NCBI GenBank assembly: GCA_047519495.1
Contig: JAPVSX010000323.1
Location: 1-44,093, forward strand
DNA from: Armatimonadota bacterium
Lineage (GTDB): Bacteria; Sysuimicrobiota; Sysuimicrobiia; Sysuimicrobiales; Segetimicrobiaceae
Direction of reading: 5' to 3'
Length of the DNA: 44,093 bases
Below are positions 40,018 through 44,093 of this stretch, one piece after another (position 1 is the first letter of the stretch; each line of letters begins with the position of its first letter). Both the position numbers and the translations under genes were made by a program. The notes beneath the pieces are model-generated. The model did no database searches. It was not told the DNA's origin and saw only the letters and a program-made list of their open reading frames with translations.

Positions 40018-41100
40018 TCAGCGCACGTGGTAGCGGTTCCGGTAGCCCTCAAGCGTGCCATCGCTGGCCAGGTTCTCGGCAAATCGCCTGTCGACGGCCG
40101 CCGCGGGGTTGAAGTTCTGAAGCTGAGGGTAGTACTGTACCAGCGCCCGCCACTGGGCCTGCACGAGATCCGCAGGCGCCTGTCCGCTGAAGACGAACAC
40201 CCGCTTGGCCGTTTCGTAGGCGTCGGTCAGGGCCTCCGGATCGCTGACATGGAAGTTTTGGCGGATGACGTCCGTAGCTACGTCCGGGTGCGCGACGGTA
40301 TAGTACATGCCCTCGATGTACGTCGCAACAAGGGCTTGAACACGCCCGGGGTAATGCGCAGCGTACGCGCGGTCAACGACGAGCCCATCGAACACCCAGG
40401 GGAGTTCGCGCGAGAAGTCGATCAACCGGTGAAAACCCGCTTTGTCCGCCTGGACGGTCACGGGGCTGAGCAGCACCGCTGCGTCGGCGGCGCCCGTCTG
40501 GAGGCCGGCGATCCGCTCGCCGGTCCCGCCCATTTGAAGGAAGTACATGTGCTGAACGTCAAGCCCGCGGCGGGCCAGGACCAGCCGCGTGAGGACGTCG
40601 CTTTCGCTGCCCAGCCTGCTGATCGCGACGCGGCCCCCTGCCAGTTGCGTCACGGCTGTAATTCCCGGACGGCCGTAGAGAATGAACGGAGAGTACTTCG
40701 CGTCAACGGCGACCTGCACCACGTGGAGGCCGCCCGCGTCAGCCAGCAGGACGGGGGAGAGGCCGACATGCGCGGCCTGGACACTCCCCGCGGCCAGGGC
40801 CTGGAGCGCCTCACTGCCTCCGGCCATGGTCACCGCTGTGACGCGCAGGGCGTGCGCCGCATCGAGGCGGGCAGCCAGAGCAACCCACAGCGGCACCGTG
40901 GTGGGGGAAGGGGCGGAGACCGCGACCTCGAGTGATCCCAGGCGGGGCAGGCTCTGCTCGGCGAGGCCCTTCCCGGGAGCGGCCAGGGCTACGACCAGTG
41001 CGGCGCACCACAGGCCCGCCCGCGCGGGCCGCCGCCAAATCGGCATCATGCGCATCGTGCGATGCATTCTCCTTCGGGAGAAATCCCCGGCGTCGGCCAT
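40018..41100 (-). CDS. periplasmic substrate-binding protein, NMT1/THI5-like (NitT/TauT-family ABC SBP fold), no cognate permease/ATPase in window
   Basis: 360-aa track ORF with a signal-like MRMMPIWRRPARAGLWCAALVVALAAPG, then a type-2 PBP-like body (VSAPSPTTVPLWVALAARLDAAH...). The true start is probably one of the internal Met codons at 41046-41067. The family call is made from overall pattern only. Confidence 0.65.
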   Translation of the reverse strand: MADAGDFSRRRMHRTMRMMPIWRRPARAGLWCAALVVALAAPGKGLAEQSLPRLGSLEVAVSAPSPTTVPLWVALAARLDAAHALRVTAVTMAGGSEALQALAAGSVQAAHVGLSPVLLADAGGLHVVQVAVDAKYSPFILYGRPGITAVTQLAGGRVAISRLGSESDVLTRLVLARRGLDVQHMYFLQMGGTGERIAGLQTGAADAAVLLSPVTVQADKAGFHRLIDFSRELPWVFDGLVVDRAYAAHYPGRVQALVATYIEGMYYTVAHPDVATDVIRQNFHVSDPEALTDAYETAKRVFVFSGQAPADLVQAQWRALVQYYPQLQNFNPAAAVDRRFAENLASDGTLEGYRNRYHVR

Positions 41101-41109
41101 GGGGAGACG

Positions 41110-42531
41110 TCAAGCGAAGAGGATCTGCCCCCATTTCTTCAGGACCTCACCGCGGCGTTCCGGGCTCGACTCGGCGACCTGGGGGAACTGGTCCCGCCAT
41201 TCGAACGGCCGGGTGGCGTCGATGATCGCCCGGGAGTTCAGGCCCTTCTGGCCCGGCGGGATGATCGGGTCCAGCGGCCCGCTCCAGCACCGCCTCAGGA
41301 TGTCGATGTCCTTCTCCGGATCGCACCGGGTGCAGATCGCCCACATGACCTCCTCGAGGTTCATCACGTCGATATCCTCGTCGACCACCACCACGAAGCG
41401 GCCCAGGTACGCGCCGGCGTGGCACTGCGCGGCGACGGCCGCCGCCTGCTTGGCATGCCCGGAGTAGCGCTGCTTGATGGCGACGACATTGAACAGCCGG
41501 GACCCACCCACCTCGTGACACCAGACGCCGGTCACGTCGGGGACGCCGGCCGCTTTGAGCTCTTCGTCAATGGCCGCCGCGCGCAGGAAGGCGCGGTAGT
41601 AGGCGAGCTCGGAGGGGGGTTTGACCGGAGGGGAGCCCAGCAGCACCGGCGTGTTGCGGTGGTAGAGGGCCTCGACCTTCACCACGGGCTCTTCGCGCTG
41701 CTTGCTGGCGTAGTATCCCGTCCACTCCCCGAAGGGGCCTTCCGGCAGCTTGTGGCTCGGATCCACAAACCCCTCGATCACGATCTCCGCGTCCGCGGGG
41801 ATGGGCAGCCCCGTGACCGGCCCCTCGATGACCTCGACGGGTTGTCCTTTCACCCCGCCGACCCAGTCGTACTCCGACATCCCCCAGGGGATCTCCAGCG
41901 AGCCGGCCATGAAGATCGCCGGGTCGTGGCCGAACGACATCGCGATGGGCATCGGGCCGCCGCGGGCGAACCACTTCTCGCGGTGGATGCGCCCCTGCTT
42001 GCCCGGCGAGATGTAAAAGCCCACCTGGTTGCGATCGTGGATCATCACCCGGTAGCATCCCAGGTTGACCCAGCCCTCCTCGGGATCCCGGGTGATGTCC
42101 ACGCTGCCCGTGCCGATGTAGCGGCCGCCGTCGTGCTCGTGCCACTTCGGGGTGGGAAACTTCAGCAGATCCACGTCCTCGCCGCGGGAGACGTTCTCCA
42201 TGACCGGGCCGTCGCGGACAACCTTCGGAGGAATCGGCCGGAGCGCGCGCTTCTTCTCCTGCCACAGCCTCAGCAACTCCTTGATGCCCCGGTCCGTGGG
42301 AAGGCCGAGGGTGTAGGCCAGGCGCTTCGGACCGCCGAGCGCGTTGGCGACGATGCGGTAGCCCGCGGGATACCCGGCGATGTGGTCAAATAACAGCGCC
42401 GGGCCATGCCGGTTCATCACAACCTCGGTGATGACGCCGATCTCGACGTTCCAGTCGGCTTTCTGGACGACCTTGAGTTCCCCGAGTTCTTCCACCTGGG
42501 TCATCCAGTCCCGCAGGTCACGGTAGCTCAT
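41110..42531 (-). CDS. ubiD: UbiD family (prFMN-dependent) decarboxylase/carboxylase
   Basis: 473-aa ORF: MSYRDLRDWMTQVEELGELKVVQKADWNVEIGVITE...DGGRYIGTG...GPFGEWTGYY...VVVVDEDIDV, the UbiD pattern. GGGGAGG lies 8 nt upstream of the ATG. Confidence 0.88.
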   Translation of the reverse strand: MSYRDLRDWMTQVEELGELKVVQKADWNVEIGVITEVVMNRHGPALLFDHIAGYPAGYRIVANALGGPKRLAYTLGLPTDRGIKELLRLWQEKKRALRPIPPKVVRDGPVMENVSRGEDVDLLKFPTPKWHEHDGGRYIGTGSVDITRDPEEGWVNLGCYRVMIHDRNQVGFYISPGKQGRIHREKWFARGGPMPIAMSFGHDPAIFMAGSLEIPWGMSEYDWVGGVKGQPVEVIEGPVTGLPIPADAEIVIEGFVDPSHKLPEGPFGEWTGYYASKQREEPVVKVEALYHRNTPVLLGSPPVKPPSELAYYRAFLRAAAIDEELKAAGVPDVTGVWCHEVGGSRLFNVVAIKQRYSGHAKQAAAVAAQCHAGAYLGRFVVVVDEDIDVMNLEEVMWAICTRCDPEKDIDILRRCWSGPLDPIIPPGQKGLNSRAIIDATRPFEWRDQFPQVAESSPERRGEVLKKWGQILFA

Positions 42532-42596
42532 CGCCGCGTCCTCCCCTGTGGTTTGCCGGAGCGCTGCCGGCGGATCGCGCTGCGCCCGGAGAGACC

Positions 42597-43691
42597 CTAC
42601 CGGCCCGTGATCACCGCGCGGTTCGTGGCGAACCCCTTCTGGGAGCCCAGCACCCGCGGCGGCTGCTTGAGGTCTTCCTGCCAGATCAGGGAGTCCATTG
42701 CCAGGTTGAGCGGCTGGTCCTGGATCGTCAGCTCATAGACGGGCTGATCGTCCGACGCGTGATTGTGGACCGCCCAGCCGGGCGCCGTGAGCATCAGGTC
42801 GCCCGCCTTCCAGTGGTAGGTCTTCTTGTCCACGACGCTTCTCCCGGTTCCCCCGAAGAAGTAGTTGATGGCCGCCGAGGTGTGCCGGTGGGGCTTGTCG
42901 ACGATGGAGGGCGGCCGGATCGTGATGGCCGCGAAGAAGTTGTTGGTCGTGCCGTTCGTGCGGCCGGTCGCCGGATTGTAGAGGAGGTAGAGCCGCCGGC
43001 CGACGTAGCTCTTCCCGAGCGCCGCCAGCTTGTCGAGCTCCGCCTTCACCTTCGCCCACGGCCAGTGGAGCGGCCGCTGCTCGACGGCAGGAGGGTTGAC
43101 CAGCCGCTCGTAGGACATGAGCTGCGCCCCGCCGTCGAGCGGAATCAGGTCGGCGAACGGGTTCGGCGCCTCGTCGGCGTCCGCCTCGTGCGCCTCTTCC
43201 TGCGTGTCCTCCGGCGGGGTGTCCTCGACGTAGTGGATGTTCAGCTTCTCAAGGAGCGCCGCGTTGCTGTAGGTGAGGCGCGCGTGGATGTTATCGGTGT
43301 CATTGACGTGCGTGTAGACCGCCATCGACGGGTGCACCCAGACGTCGTACTGTCTGAAGCGGATCGGTTCCCCGTTGACGATCGTGTGCCCGGCGCCCTG
43401 GATGCAGAAGTTGACCTGCGTCGAGTTGTGCCGGATGGGCGCGGTCCGCTCGCCGGGCAAGAGGACGTTGAGGGAGACCTGGATGCCGGGCGCGAGGCCC
43501 AACCCGGGCTCCTGGGCATGGGGATGCACGATGAGCGAGGTCCGCCGCCCGTTGGCCGGCGCGGGCCCGCTCGCCAGGCGCCTGACCTCCTCCTCGATCT
43601 GCTCCTTGGGGATGACGATCGGGGGCCACAGGTGAATCCCGGAAGCCTTGGCCCCGCTGCGATCAACAAACCTGGCCACGACCTCACTCAT
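42597..43691 (-). CDS. bicupin protein, gentisate 1,2-dioxygenase-like
   Basis: C-terminal 364 aa of track ORF 42597..43799, from ATG 43691 (ATGA overlap with the upstream gene). It has two cupin modules. The C-terminal one carries PHRHTSAAINYFFGGTG...GDLMLTAPGWAVHNH. An acidic linker EDTPPEDTQEEAHEADADEAP separates them. Confidence 0.75.
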   Translation of the reverse strand: MSEVVARFVDRSGAKASGIHLWPPIVIPKEQIEEEVRRLASGPAPANGRRTSLIVHPHAQEPGLGLAPGIQVSLNVLLPGERTAPIRHNSTQVNFCIQGAGHTIVNGEPIRFRQYDVWVHPSMAVYTHVNDTDNIHARLTYSNAALLEKLNIHYVEDTPPEDTQEEAHEADADEAPNPFADLIPLDGGAQLMSYERLVNPPAVEQRPLHWPWAKVKAELDKLAALGKSYVGRRLYLLYNPATGRTNGTTNNFFAAITIRPPSIVDKPHRHTSAAINYFFGGTGRSVVDKKTYHWKAGDLMLTAPGWAVHNHASDDQPVYELTIQDQPLNLAMDSLIWQEDLKQPPRVLGSQKGFATNRAVITGR

Positions 43692-44093
43692 CGCTCGACA
43701 CCTCCAGGTATCGTGTTGACGGGCCCGAACCGGATCGCCGCACGCTCTGGCCGAGACAGGCGGCGGCCGATCCCACGTTCGGCCGCCAGCCGGCAGCACT
43801 GGATGCCCAGGGAGAGATCGGAGATCCCCATGCCCATCGCCTTAAAGAGCGTCAGATCCGCGTCCCGGGGCCGGGTCTCCCCCCGCGCGAGGAGCGCGTG
43901 GAGGGGCGTGACCCGGGACCAGTCCCTGCCCCCGTCCTCGAAGTAGCGGATGAACTCCGCGGACAGCCGCTGGACCGGGGGCAGGCTGTCGACCGCGATG
44001 ACGTCGCAGCGGTCCAGGAGGTCGGACTCGAACTCCGCCCGTTCCGGGGTGATCGCCCCGATCGCGTTCACGTGGGCGCCGCGGCGGACCATC
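43688..44093 (-). CDS. ornithine cyclodeaminase / mu-crystallin family protein, C-terminal part (N-terminus beyond window)
   Basis: Track ORF 43688..44092: GAHVNAIGAITPERAEFESDLLDRCDVIAVDSL...LFKAMGMGISDLSLG, the C-terminal Rossmann region pattern of the OCD/mu-crystallin family. It runs off the window. Confidence 0.75.
   Translation of the reverse strand, partial: MVRRGAHVNAIGAITPERAEFESDLLDRCDVIAVDSLPPVQRLSAEFIRYFEDGGRDWSRVTPLHALLARGETRPRDADLTLFKAMGMGISDLSLGIQCCRLAAERGIGRRLSRPERAAIRFGPVNTIPGGVER

Noticed and set aside
1-44093. Searched by eye for CRISPR arrays, tRNA/rRNA genes, transposase/integrase/recombinase genes, toxin-antitoxin pairs, restriction or other defence genes, and long direct or terminal inverted repeats.
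   Set aside because: None were found. Every substantial ORF falls into a metabolic, transport or regulator family, and the only repeats seen are short intergenic palindromes. A computational repeat, tRNA and Rfam scan would be needed to be certain.

Overview
Very GC-rich bacterial chromosomal window (about 70% by eye, not computed). It is densely coding with GGAGG-type ribosome binding sites and many ATGA/GTGA start-stop overlaps. I saw no rRNA, tRNA, CRISPR array, IS/transposase, integrase or phage genes. The ORF track reports the longest ATG/GTG/TTG ORFs, so many entries carry Arg/Pro/Gly-rich false N-terminal extensions or are antisense artefacts of high GC. I trimmed starts by hand and rejected the artefacts. 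The content is an aromatic-acid / 2-oxoacid metabolic island in four blocks. (1) Bases 1-23095 are one co-directional minus-strand array of 21 genes. In transcription order: livKHMGF copy 2; a gamma-alpha/beta 2-oxoacid:ferredoxin oxidoreductase (OFOR); a PaaK-like ligase plus livKHMGF copy 1; then a tightly overlapped unit leuC-like, leuD-like, paaK, leuA-like, iorA, iorB-ferredoxin fusion, OFOR alpha, OFOR beta (cut by the window edge). (2) Bases 23557-29168 hold an O2-dependent 4-hydroxyphenylacetate module: hpaB, hpaC, hpaD, hpaF (opposite strand), a DapA-family aldolase-like gene and an FAH-family gene. (3) Bases 29840-35014 hold an IclR regulator translationally coupled to a three-subunit molybdenum hydroxylase. 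Its FAD subunit carries a C-x15-C-x7-C-x8-C loop that I recall as typical of 4-hydroxybenzoyl-CoA reductase (hcrCAB order). An SDR gene follows. (4) Bases 36249-44093 are a minus-strand operon: ocd-like (partial), bicupin dioxygenase-like, ubiD, an orphan periplasmic binding protein, hyuA, hyuB. The most unusual items are the leuA/leuCD paralogs wired to PaaK + IOR + OFOR with no leuB in the window, and the ocd-bicupin-ubiD-hyuAB operon. Function for both is inference from family membership and gene order only. Taxon cannot be determined from the sequence alone.
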